41,922 nucleotides of DNA, taken from the IMG/VR virus record IMGVR_UViG_3300029543_000007. One strand, 5' to 3'. The DNA is from a virus. A program made the position numbers and the translations under genes. The notes below the pieces were generated by a model. That model saw only the letters and a program-made list of their open reading frames with translations, was not told the DNA's origin and ran no database searches. Each line of letters opens with the position of its first letter. Within the stretch, counting starts at the first letter, position 1. Of this stretch, positions 16,121 through 24,207 are shown one piece after another.

Positions 16121-17032
16121 TTATTTTAAACCGTATTGAGCCTTTCCGATAACTTTTCCATCTTGGAAAGTTATATTTGCATTTGCACCGACAGATCCAT
16201 TTCCTTTCCAAGAATATATCTCAGTTAATTCTCGGCCTATATATGAAGAAACTTCAAGCTCTCCAGGACCACCGATTAAAAACTTAACTTGGCTATACGT
16301 CATATTATAAGTAATTCTGTTATATTCAGCTCTTGTGATGGTTTTTTCTTTTCCTTTAGGACCAAACCAATGTGCATATAATGTATGTTTTTTTAAATTT
16401 TTAATTAAAGTATTTCTGGTTATTTTTTTTCCACCGGATTTTTTGGTATACCAACCTTTGAATTTATAATTTTTTCGCTTCGGGGTAGGAAGGGTTCCGT
16501 ATTTATTACCTGCCTGGACTGATTTGACTTTTTTTGAAACTTTTCCTTTATTTGCATTGAATGATATTTTATATTTAGGACCAATTACATTAATTGTCTT
16601 ATTAATTGTTCCGATTTCATATCCGGTTTCTTCCCAAGAATTATCGATGTATGTATATACATAAAAGTAACTTTTTAATATATATTTTCCTGGATTTTTA
16701 ATTTTTAAAGTCCTAGAAGTAGTTTTGGTATAATTTCCGTTTGTTTCATCAATAAAGTATGTATCAACCAAATTCTTGTCAGAAACTGAATTAATATATA
16801 AATCATATGCTCCTGGAATTATTTTTGTTTCACCCTGTATTCCACCAGTAGAACTTAGCCTATCACCTATAAACAATATGTTGATTTTTTGATTTGGCTT
16901 TACAGATTGAGGCAAAATTACCTGACAGTTAGAAAAACTAGCTGTTGGAGAATCAGCAAAAACAAGAGTTACAGAAGTCAAGCTTAACAAAATACATGTA
17001 ATAATAATGATTTTTGCCTTTTTCATATACAT
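16121..17032 (-). CDS. Secreted protein with a Listeria-Bacteroides-type repeat and a C-terminal DUF3862/BLIP-like domain (lysogen-expressed moron)
   Basis: Signal peptide MKKAKIIIITCILLSLTSVTLVFA. FNANKGKV...YKFKGWYTKKSGGKKI...LYAHW repeat. Last gene of the repressor operon. Confidence 0.6.
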   Translation of the reverse strand: MYMKKAKIIIITCILLSLTSVTLVFADSPTASFSNCQVILPQSVKPNQKINILFIGDRLSSTGGIQGETKIIPGAYDLYINSVSDKNLVDTYFIDETNGNYTKTTSRTLKIKNPGKYILKSYFYVYTYIDNSWEETGYEIGTINKTINVIGPKYKISFNANKGKVSKKVKSVQAGNKYGTLPTPKRKNYKFKGWYTKKSGGKKITRNTLIKNLKKHTLYAHWFGPKGKEKTITRAEYNRITYNMTYSQVKFLIGGPGELEVSSYIGRELTEIYSWKGNGSVGANANITFQDGKVIGKAQYGLK

Positions 17033-17041
17033 ATTTCCTCC

Positions 17042-17464
17042 TTATTTTAATCTTAATTTAATTAACTCCTCATTATATCCAAGTGCACGTGCAATTTGAT
17101 CTGTAGTAAATTCTTGAAATTCAAGAAAAACTTCATCGTCAATTAGAAGCTCAGTTGCAAACTTATCTGCTTCGATTTCCATTTTACTTACCAGAAGTCC
17201 AGTTCGTTTCCTTAAAAATGGAGTATTAGCATCAGGATGCATAATCGCATGCCCTAACTCATGTGCACATGTAAATAGTTGATCGTGATCAGAAAGATCA
17301 TGATTTATATGTATTTGCTTCATACGAAGCTGTTTATTGTAGTATCCACTAATGGATCCCAATGGTTCAAATATAACCTTTATCCCTAAATACTTAGCAA
17401 TATCAAAAGGATCATTCGTACCATATTTTTTCTTTAATGTGTTTGTTTTTTTACGAATATCCAA
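17042..17464 (-). CDS. immA: ImmA/IrrE-family zinc metalloprotease (anti-repressor protease)
   Basis: HELGHAIMH motif; 140 aa; directly downstream of the XRE repressor. Confidence 0.85.
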   Translation of the reverse strand: MDIRKKTNTLKKKYGTNDPFDIAKYLGIKVIFEPLGSISGYYNKQLRMKQIHINHDLSDHDQLFTCAHELGHAIMHPDANTPFLRKRTGLLVSKMEIEADKFATELLIDDEVFLEFQEFTTDQIARALGYNEELIKLRLK

Positions 17465-17476
17465 TGAATCACTCCT

Positions 17477-17917
17477 TTATTTTCTGTATTTCTTTGGTGT
17501 GAACTTTTGCTTAGCATTTATTTTTGCAATGGTTATACTATTCTGGAGACTAGCTTTTAATAATTCTCTTGTTTCATCATCTAAAGGTTCTCCAGAGAAC
17601 ATCAGTCCATCTTGATCGGATTCTAACTGATCAAGGGTTTGTTCTAATCGTTTTGCGATATCTTTTTCATCTTTCTTAGTTAGCTCAATGGCTTGATCGG
17701 ATTTTTCTTCTATTAAATCAGATTTTCCAATTCCAAAATAATCAGCGAGAGCTTGTACGCTTCCCATTCTAGGAATGGATTGTCCCGTACACCAAGTATT
17801 AAATGTTTGTGGAATAACTCCAATAGCTTTAGCCACCTCTTTTTGGCTTTTTCCTGATTTCTCTAAATAGAAAGATAGATTTTTAGAGAATATTTTCTTT
17901 TGCTTTTCATCTGACAT
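17477..17917 (-). CDS. XRE-family HTH repressor (CI/ImmR-like)
   Basis: N-terminal HTH: KSQKEVAKAIGVIPQTFNTWCTG. Divergent from the cro-like gene. Confidence 0.85.
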   Translation of the reverse strand: MSDEKQKKIFSKNLSFYLEKSGKSQKEVAKAIGVIPQTFNTWCTGQSIPRMGSVQALADYFGIGKSDLIEEKSDQAIELTKKDEKDIAKRLEQTLDQLESDQDGLMFSGEPLDDETRELLKASLQNSITIAKINAKQKFTPKKYRK

Positions 17918-17942
17918 TAAATCACCTCACTTCGTTATTAAT

Positions 17943-17971
17943 ATAGTACAATAAAAATTGATTTTTTGCAA
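17943..17971 (-). promoter_or_regulatory. Repressor-operon promoter, TTGCAA-17-TACTAT
   Basis: Read on the minus strand; lies between the AAATTGATTTT direct repeats at 17955-17965 and 17987-17997. Confidence 0.5.
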
Positions 17972-18001
17972 CTAAAAGTCAAAAATAAATTGATTTTGGT
18001 A

Positions 18002-18030
18002 TTGACATCCATTTAAAATGGATTTATAAT
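18002..18030 (+). promoter_or_regulatory. Early rightward promoter, TTGACA-17-TATAAT, with a palindromic operator in the spacer
   Basis: Perfect consensus hexamers; the spacer contains TCCATTTAAAATGGA (18008-18022). Confidence 0.75.
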
Positions 18031-18062
18031 GAATACAGAAATTAAAGAAAGGCGGTGATGAC

Positions 18063-18296
18063 GTGACAAAGATGAGCGAAGGTAAAGCAGTACCATTTCA
18101 AATTTCTTTAGCTTCAGCACGAGTTAATGCAGAAATGACGCAAGAAGAGGTCGCAAAACATATGCATGTTGGAAAACAGACTATCGTTAGCTGGGAAAAA
18201 GGGACTTCTGAACCGAAAATGTCGCAAGGAAGAGAACTTAGTAAATTATATGGTATTCCAATTGACTATATTTTTTTACCTAAGAAATCCAATTAA
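18063..18296 (+). CDS. Cro-like XRE HTH protein
   Basis: MTQEEVAKHMHVGKQTIVSWEKG; GTG start 7 nt after GGCGG. Confidence 0.75.
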   Translation: MTKMSEGKAVPFQISLASARVNAEMTQEEVAKHMHVGKQTIVSWEKGTSEPKMSQGRELSKLYGIPIDYIFLPKKSN

Positions 18297-18302
18297 AATG
18301 GA
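18288..18302. promoter_or_regulatory. Second copy of the operator-like palindrome, TCCAATTAAAATGGA
   Basis: 14 of 15 positions match 18008-18022; overlaps the cro-like stop codon. Confidence 0.45.
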
Positions 18303-18320
18303 TTACTAAATAACTAGGAG

Positions 18321-18629
18321 GTGAGAAAGACGAAAGTATTGAAAGATATACAGCCCGATGAAAAATTAGCAGAGGAAATCCAAAGTAATCTAGATGATCA
18401 GTTAAAAGAAAAACAGCTAGAAGAATCAGAAGAGTTAAAAACTATTCTGCATGGAGTAACAGGTAAAGAAATGAGATGGGCGATCTATTCTGCGATTTCT
18501 AAGCAAAAAGAAAAACAGCGTTGCCAGGAACAAAAAATATCATCCCTGCAAATAGCTGTTATATTGCAGGGAATAGCTGTAATTATTTTAGGCATTGGTG
18601 GAATCATTTTAAAAAAATATCTACCATGA
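18321..18629 (+). CDS. Hypothetical protein with a C-terminal TM
   Basis: GTG start after AGGAGG; C-terminus LQIAVILQGIAVIILGIGGIIL. Confidence 0.5.
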   Translation: MRKTKVLKDIQPDEKLAEEIQSNLDDQLKEKQLEESEELKTILHGVTGKEMRWAIYSAISKQKEKQRCQEQKISSLQIAVILQGIAVIILGIGGIILKKYLP

Positions 18630-19011
18630 CAGAGGCTGTTGCAACAATCAAAGAAAGAATAGAAATAGTTTTAGAGAGTTTTGAATCCGCCTCTGCAGAT
18701 AATGCATTTTGTTTGGCGGTCTCTGCAATAGATGTAATGGCATCTATTTGCTGTTGATATTTTGCTTCTCGTTCCTTTTCTATTTTTCGTTGAAGCTCAA
18801 ATTCAGCCAAATGAGCGCGGCCTAATTCAGTGATAGAAACTTCATCAGATTCGTTTATGGATACGAGATTTGCATTTAAAAACATTTCTACATATCCATC
18901 AATAGACGGAAAATCGAAAAAGAAATCACCAGGATTTTGCCCAGGACATTCTAATATTGCCGTTAGAATTTCATATTGATATTCGGTAAGTTTAAATAAC
19001 AAATTTTCCAT
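18604..19011 (-). CDS. Hypothetical counter-oriented protein (wHTH-like N-terminus, coiled coil, C-terminal TM)
   Basis: RBS AGAGAGGAG; own promoter at 19062-19090. Confidence 0.6.
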   Translation of the reverse strand: MENLLFKLTEYQYEILTAILECPGQNPGDFFFDFPSIDGYVEMFLNANLVSINESDEVSITELGRAHLAEFELQRKIEKEREAKYQQQIDAITSIAETAKQNALSAEADSKLSKTISILSLIVATASVMVDIFLK

Positions 19012-19061
19012 TAAGAATACTCCTCTCTTAAGACTCGGACATGGCAGTGTCCTGTGAATTA

Positions 19062-19090
19062 AGTATAGGAGATATATAAAAGAAAGACAA
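19062..19090 (-). promoter_or_regulatory. Promoter TTGTCT-17-TATACT for 18604-19011
   Basis: Read on the minus strand with exact 17-nt spacing. Confidence 0.5.
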
Positions 19091-19101
19091 CAGAATAATA
19101 G

Positions 19102-19205
19102 CAGATGGCTTAATTCCCTGCCCGATGCACAGAATCCTGAAATCCTCCCTAAATTGGTTAATTAAAAATAGCACTCAATCGTCGGGCAGGGAATTAAGCC
19201 ATCTG
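19102..19205. repeat. Perfect 24-bp inverted repeat with a 56-nt spacer
   Basis: CAGATGGCTTAATTCCCTGCCCGA (19102-19125) and its exact reverse complement (19182-19205). Confidence 0.95.
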
Positions 19206-19216
19206 AAGAAAGGTAG

Positions 19217-19612
19217 GTGATGAAAGTGTTCAAGGACAGGCTTAAAAAAGTAATGGTAGATCAAAATATCAACCAAGTAGAGTTGTCCAGGATCTGCGGT
19301 GTGAGTAGGTCAACCGTTAGCAAATGGATGTCTGGAGATTCAGAACCGACAAAAGCAAGAAGAAATGAGATTGCAGAAGCATTTGATCTTCCAGAGAATT
19401 ACTTTGAAGAGATAGTAATTCCTAAAAAGAGAATAGAGACATTAACCCCGAAAGAAGTTGCGTATTTGATGGGAATGGGTGTTTCAACAATCGAAAAAGG
19501 ACTGATTCAAGGAACTTTTCCATGGGGATATGCAATCCGGACAAGTGAAAATACGCATAGATATTTCATAAATGCAAAAAAGTTTTTTGTGACTGAAATG
19601 ATAAGCGTATGA
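19217..19612 (+). CDS. Two-HTH DNA-binding protein (XRE-like N-terminus, excisionase/MerR-like C-terminal HTH)
   Basis: NQVELSRICGVSRSTVSKWMSG and LTPKEVAYLMGMGVSTIEKG. Confidence 0.6.
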   Translation: MMKVFKDRLKKVMVDQNINQVELSRICGVSRSTVSKWMSGDSEPTKARRNEIAEAFDLPENYFEEIVIPKKRIETLTPKEVAYLMGMGVSTIEKGLIQGTFPWGYAIRTSENTHRYFINAKKFFVTEMISV

Positions 19613-19627
19613 GAAAGGAGTATAAAG

Positions 19628-19762
19628 ATGCACACAGAAACAAAAGCCATGATTTGCACGGCAGCAGTGCTGATCGCAATGGGAATCTTTAAAGAATTAG
19701 CTGCAGTGTGTCTGATCACAGCGATGATCTACGAGGAAGGAGTGAAAAGGTTTGATAAATGA
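19628..19762 (+). CDS. 44-aa small membrane protein (not in the ORF track)
   Basis: RBS AAAGGAG; MHTETKAMICTAAVLIAMGIFKELAAVCLITAMIYEEGVKRFDK. Confidence 0.4.
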   Translation: MHTETKAMICTAAVLIAMGIFKELAAVCLITAMIYEEGVKRFDK

Positions 19763-20309
19763 GAAAGAAATTCTGAAAGAGCTTGATGAACGAATCAATA
19801 TTCAGAACAGAAACATCGAAAGAGTTATTCAGGTATCAAATAATCAAGCAGAACTTGTTTTACTTGAAAGAGAGATCGCAACATATCAGAGCGTAAAGAA
19901 GTTGATAAAAGAAAAAAGTGCCCACGGAGCGGCAACTCCAATGAGCACATTGCTAAACAAACAAGAACAGTATAACACAGATCAAGAAAAAATAGAACCA
20001 ATAAAACTTGCACAAGAGATTTTTGCGTTATGTATGAAAATCCAAGAAGGAGAAGATGGGAAAGTAGAACATAGAAAGAAAGGCAGATGTTTAGGACCTA
20101 CAGTATTTGTTGATTTTTATGGACATGTTGCACAGTTAGATGTTGAGATTTCCCCAGATGGATGGTCAGAAGAAGAGGGCAGAAAAGAGAAATTCAGTTT
20201 TTATTTAGGAGACTATTGGGGTCATCAGCAAAAAGAACGAGCAATCAAGTGCAAAGAGAGATTGATCGAACTATTAGAAGAAAGAAGAGGAAGTGGCAAT
20301 GAAGAATGA
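19752..20309 (+). CDS. Hypothetical protein
   Basis: 185-aa ORF; TTG start after GGAGTG. Confidence 0.5.
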   Translation: MINEKEILKELDERINIQNRNIERVIQVSNNQAELVLLEREIATYQSVKKLIKEKSAHGAATPMSTLLNKQEQYNTDQEKIEPIKLAQEIFALCMKIQEGEDGKVEHRKKGRCLGPTVFVDFYGHVAQLDVEISPDGWSEEEGRKEKFSFYLGDYWGHQQKERAIKCKERLIELLEERRGSGNEE

Positions 20310-20416
20310 AACAAGGCGGAAAGTAAGAGAAAAAAATTCTCGAAAGTTGTTTATTAAGAGAGTTAGGTCTTGTAGACACAGCAGCAGACAAAATAGAAGA
20401 AGTTGTTGATATCATT

Positions 20417-20617
20417 TTGTTTGAAATCGGCGGTTGTGTAAATCCGGTTCCTGCGGCTGCAAATGACATTACCGTTGCTGTTCTTAAATTTATTGCAGAA
20501 ACTCTGGAAAAGGATTTGGATGACGGTCAAAAGACTAATGTTCAAATGATTCAAGCGGCTTTAAAAGTAAAATATGGATTATCAAAAGTGGTAACAACTA
20601 AAGAAGGAGATAAATAA
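20417..20617 (+). CDS. Hypothetical protein (start uncertain)
   Basis: Frame is open from 20327; only a TTG start is available and there is no clear RBS. Confidence 0.3.
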   Translation: MFEIGGCVNPVPAAANDITVAVLKFIAETLEKDLDDGQKTNVQMIQAALKVKYGLSKVVTTKEGDK

Positions 20618-20618
20618 A

Positions 20619-21110
20619 ATGGCGACATTATATGAACTGACAGCAGAATACAAAGAACTGCTTGATATGGCAGAAGAACAGAATCTGACGCAGGCAGATA
20701 TCAAAGACACTTTGGAAGGAATGGACTATGAATTTGAAGACAAGGCAGATGGGTATGCAAAAGTTCTTCGTTCCCTGGATGGTAAAGAAGCATTGATCGA
20801 TAGTGAAATTAAACGTTTGACTGACATGAAAAGAGTTGTGGTAAACAACAAGAAAACAATTAAGCAGAATCTTGAAAATGCAATGATTGAAACTGGCAAG
20901 ACAAAATTCAAGACGGCATTATTCAGCTTTGGAATCCAAAAAAATCCACCAAATGTAAGGATCAAAGATGAATCACTGGTACCAGAAGAATACCGAGTTA
21001 AACAACCAGGCAAGATTGACAGAAAAGGATTAATCAAAGCACTTAAAGAAGGAGCAATGTTTACTGAAAACATTGAATTAGTTCAGACCAAAAGTCTAAG
21101 GATCAGATAG
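20619..21110 (+). CDS. Siphovirus Gp157-family protein
   Basis: MATLYELTAEYKELLDMAEE N-terminus and position upstream of the SSAP. Confidence 0.65.
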   Translation: MATLYELTAEYKELLDMAEEQNLTQADIKDTLEGMDYEFEDKADGYAKVLRSLDGKEALIDSEIKRLTDMKRVVVNNKKTIKQNLENAMIETGKTKFKTALFSFGIQKNPPNVRIKDESLVPEEYRVKQPGKIDRKGLIKALKEGAMFTENIELVQTKSLRIR

Positions 21111-21119
21111 GAGAAACAC

Positions 21120-21653
21120 ATGAAATTCAGAGATCTAAACGAAGATGAAATTGAATGCAGAGTTGCAACAGTTAACGAAAATGGATGTTCTTTGTTGCTT
21201 TATAAGGATGCAAGATGTGATATGAACATTCTGGATGAAACACTGGGAGTCACAGGATGGAGAAGATCTCATGAAGTGATCGGTGGAAATCTTTTTTGCA
21301 CGGTTGAGGTCTATGATGATCAGAAAAAAGAATGGATATACAAACAAGATGTAGGCATTGAATCATATACAGCAAAAGAAAAAGGACAGGCATCGGACAG
21401 CTTCAAGAGAGCATGCTTTAATTTAGGAATTGGCAGAGAATTATACACTGCACCAGATATATGGATTCCGGCTAAGCATGTAAATCTCAAAGAAGGAAGG
21501 AATGGAAAACTGACTACATATGATGGATTTTATGTAGAACAGGTCATCATAGAGAAGAAAAAAATTGTTGCATTATCAATCAAGAATAAAACAACAAAGA
21601 AAAGAGTATTTCTTTATGATACAAGACCGCCAAAGGAAGAAGAGACTAAGTAA
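21120..21653 (+). CDS. Rad52/Sak-type single-strand annealing protein
   Basis: GQASDSFKRACFNLGIGRELY signature. Confidence 0.7.
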   Translation: MKFRDLNEDEIECRVATVNENGCSLLLYKDARCDMNILDETLGVTGWRRSHEVIGGNLFCTVEVYDDQKKEWIYKQDVGIESYTAKEKGQASDSFKRACFNLGIGRELYTAPDIWIPAKHVNLKEGRNGKLTTYDGFYVEQVIIEKKKIVALSIKNKTTKKRVFLYDTRPPKEEETK

Positions 21654-22357
21654 TGCATGAACTTGCAAAGATAACAGGAATCAGATCAGATATCGAAGGA
21701 ACAGAGATGAAAGTCTTTGTTCCAGAGAAAAATCTGTTTAATACGATTCTGGATAAGCGAATCCGTGATGTGGAGCTTCGGCTAGATGATGGCAGAACAA
21801 TAACCAACGCACAGAGAAAAAAGGCATACGCAACGATCAGAGACATTGCAGACTATACCGGTTATCTTCCAGAGCAGATGAAAGAGATTATGAAGTATGA
21901 ATATATCATACGGACAGGAAATGATTATTTCTCTTTAGGAACATGCACAGTAGATACAGCACGTGAGTTTATCTCAATGCTGTTGGAGTTCTGCTTGGAA
22001 CAGGGAATCCCATTGTCAGATTTAGCAATCAATAGAACGGATGATATTGGAAGATATCTGTATTATTGCATCAAGAATCGTGTATGTGCGATCTGTGGTC
22101 GCAAAGGTGAAATACATCACGTTGACAAGATCGGCATGGGGAATGATCGCAGGAGTATAGATGACAGCGAGTACAGAAAGATATGTCTATGCAGAACGCA
22201 TCATACAGAAGATCATACGATCGGAGAGAAAGCTTTCCAGGAAAAGTACAAGGTTTATGGAATCATAGTAAAGGAGCAGGAGAATGGCTTGGAAGAATTA
22301 CAACAGACCCAACAAGTACAACAATCACAAAACGATAGTGGATGGGATCAAGTTTGA
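21653..22357 (+). CDS. Putative HNHc-type nuclease
   Basis: CAICGRKGEIHHVDKIG...CLCRTHHTEDH. Confidence 0.6.
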   Translation: MHELAKITGIRSDIEGTEMKVFVPEKNLFNTILDKRIRDVELRLDDGRTITNAQRKKAYATIRDIADYTGYLPEQMKEIMKYEYIIRTGNDYFSLGTCTVDTAREFISMLLEFCLEQGIPLSDLAINRTDDIGRYLYYCIKNRVCAICGRKGEIHHVDKIGMGNDRRSIDDSEYRKICLCRTHHTEDHTIGEKAFQEKYKVYGIIVKEQENGLEELQQTQQVQQSQNDSGWDQV

Positions 22358-22646
22358 CAGCATCAGAGAAGCAGAAAGATATCAGGAATTAAAGCTGTTA
22401 GAAACAGCAGGAGAGATCTCACATCTGGAATTACAGCCGATCGTGGTCCTTCAGGATAAATTTATTTATCAAGGTAGGATGTTCAGAGCGATCACATACA
22501 GAGCAGACTTTGCTTGCTTTGATCGCACAGTAAACAGGGGTGTGATTGAAGACGTGAAGGGCATGGAGACAGATGTTTTTAAGATCAAGAAGAAGATGTT
22601 TCTGAAGAAATATGGAGATCTGTACGATTTACGAATAACGAGGTGA
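22284..22646 (+). CDS. DUF1064-family protein
   Basis: KYNNHKTIVDGIKFDSIREAERYQELKLLETAGEISHLELQP; overlaps the previous ORF by 74 nt. Confidence 0.65.
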   Translation: MAWKNYNRPNKYNNHKTIVDGIKFDSIREAERYQELKLLETAGEISHLELQPIVVLQDKFIYQGRMFRAITYRADFACFDRTVNRGVIEDVKGMETDVFKIKKKMFLKKYGDLYDLRITR

Positions 22647-22650
22647 TCAC

Positions 22651-23388
22651 ATGAAGCAAAAGAGCAGCTTCCTGATCTACCATGAATATCGGGAACCGTT
22701 AAAATTACTGACAGATGAGCAGAGAGGTCAGTTATTGATGGCACTGATTGATTACTCTGAATCAGGAGTTGTTCCAGAACTTGATGGAATATCCATGATG
22801 GCATTTTCATTTATACAAAGCCAGATGGATCGCGATTCAAAGAAGTATGAAAATCGATGCAGTTCTAATCGGGAAAATGGGAAAAAGGGCGGAAGACCTA
22901 AAAAGGAAAATGACTCAGAAGAAAACCCAAAAAACCCAATGGGTTTTGAAGAAACCGAAAAAAAAACTAAAAACCAAAAAAAGCCGATAAAGATAAAGAA
23001 TAAAGATAAAGAGAAAGATATAAATAAAAATACTATGTGCAAATCTGAAGCAGATGCACTGTTTGAGAGAGTTTGGAAATTATACCCTCAGAAACGTGGG
23101 AAGGGGAAAGTCTCAGATGCCAATAAGAGGCGTTTACTTGATATCGGATTCGACGAATTAAGTCGTGCCATTGACCGATACAAGGCGGACTTGGCGTTAG
23201 ATGACTGGAGAAAACCCCAAAATGGCAGCACGTTTTTTAACTCTGGATACATAGATTACCTGGATTCCAATTACGAAAGACCTGAAAGAATACAGAACGA
23301 AAAAGCTCCGGGAAAATTGGAATGTCAAAGGGATTATGATTTTGATTCTTTGGAGCAGCAGCTGTTTGAGAAGCAGTTTGGAGGATAG
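22651..23388 (+). CDS. Replisome-organiser / replication-initiation-like protein
   Basis: N-terminus LTDEQRGQLLMALIDY, a K-rich linker, and C-terminus ADALFERVWKLYPQKRGKG; a position-based call. Confidence 0.45.
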   Translation: MKQKSSFLIYHEYREPLKLLTDEQRGQLLMALIDYSESGVVPELDGISMMAFSFIQSQMDRDSKKYENRCSSNRENGKKGGRPKKENDSEENPKNPMGFEETEKKTKNQKKPIKIKNKDKEKDINKNTMCKSEADALFERVWKLYPQKRGKGKVSDANKRRLLDIGFDELSRAIDRYKADLALDDWRKPQNGSTFFNSGYIDYLDSNYERPERIQNEKAPGKLECQRDYDFDSLEQQLFEKQFGG

Positions 23389-23393
23389 ACGAG

Positions 23394-23714
23394 ATGGAGC
23401 AGATGAATTTCTTCGGATGTGAAACCACACTCCGGAGCAGAGTAATAACAAAGCAGACTCAAAGAGAAAGCCACGAGAAGGTGGATAAGCAGGTAATCCG
23501 TAACAATATCCTGAATGAATTATCTTACGGAAATATGACTGCAAGAGAGATCGCTGTGGTAATGCACAGGCACGGACTGGTGACAGAACCAACACGGCAG
23601 CAGGTACAGCCAAGGTTAACAGAGCTGACTCAGGAAGGACTTGTTGAAGTGATCGGCAAGCGATATGACAGCCGGACAGATCGGCATGTGGCACTGTATC
23701 ACAAAGTTGAGTAA
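23394..23714 (+). CDS. Winged-helix DNA-binding protein
   Basis: MTAREIAVVMHRHGL...VQPRLTELTQEGLVEVIG. Confidence 0.5.
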   Translation: MEQMNFFGCETTLRSRVITKQTQRESHEKVDKQVIRNNILNELSYGNMTAREIAVVMHRHGLVTEPTRQQVQPRLTELTQEGLVEVIGKRYDSRTDRHVALYHKVE

Positions 23715-23725
23715 GTAAATAAAGG

Positions 23726-23876
23726 CATCCGGTTGATCTCTGTCCGTAGTAACCAACAACCCAAGATTGTTGTTAAAAGTCGTAGTAATAGTCGTGGTAG
23801 TTGTGGGTTTCGGGATGATCTTAAGCGACAGGACGTAAAAAGATGATCACATATGCGGACAGAGATCAGCCGGATG
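23726..23876. repeat. 21-bp inverted repeat (20/21) enclosing 109 nt
   Basis: CATCCGGTTGATCTCTGTCCG (23726-23746) and CGGACAGAGATCAGCCGGATG (23856-23876). Confidence 0.9.
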
Positions 23877-23971
23877 GACTGAATTATATACCACAGCAAC
23901 TATTAACCGCATAAGAAACAGCCAGTATAAGCCATGAGCCTGCTGCCTAAGGCAGTGGGCAGAAAGGAGAA

Positions 23972-24193
23972 TTGATGGCAGATTACAGCAAAGGATTTAA
24001 AAGACGTGTTGTGACACTGTGGATCAAGTATAACATGTCATCAAATGAGATCAGTAGATCATCCGGCATCGATCATAAGACACTGATGAAGTGGTATAAG
24101 CGTTTCTACCCTGAGATAACAGGGGGGGGCAAACGAGACAAAGTGCAAGGATTTAAGATGGCACTATATAGGCAATTGTGCCGGATACCATAA
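23972..24193 (+). CDS. Small HTH protein (IS3 OrfA / terS-like HTH) containing a G8 tract
   Basis: SKGFKRRVVTLWIKYNMSSNEISRSSGIDHKTLMKWYKRF; G8 tract at 24122-24129. Confidence 0.55.
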   Translation: MMADYSKGFKRRVVTLWIKYNMSSNEISRSSGIDHKTLMKWYKRFYPEITGGGKRDKVQGFKMALYRQLCRIP

Positions 24194-24207
24194 GTAAAGG
24201 AGTACGA

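Noticed and set aside
17764-17778. Palindrome CCATTCTAGGAATGG inside the repressor gene as a third operator
   Set aside because: The half-sites resemble the operator, but the spacing differs (5 nt compared with 3 nt) and it lies in coding sequence. It is probably coincidental.
23197-23899. Minus-strand ORFs 23197-23694 (165 aa) and 23699-23899 (66 aa)
   Set aside because: They overlap well-supported + strand genes or the inverted-repeat structure, lack an RBS, and have odd Leu/Ser/Arg-rich composition.
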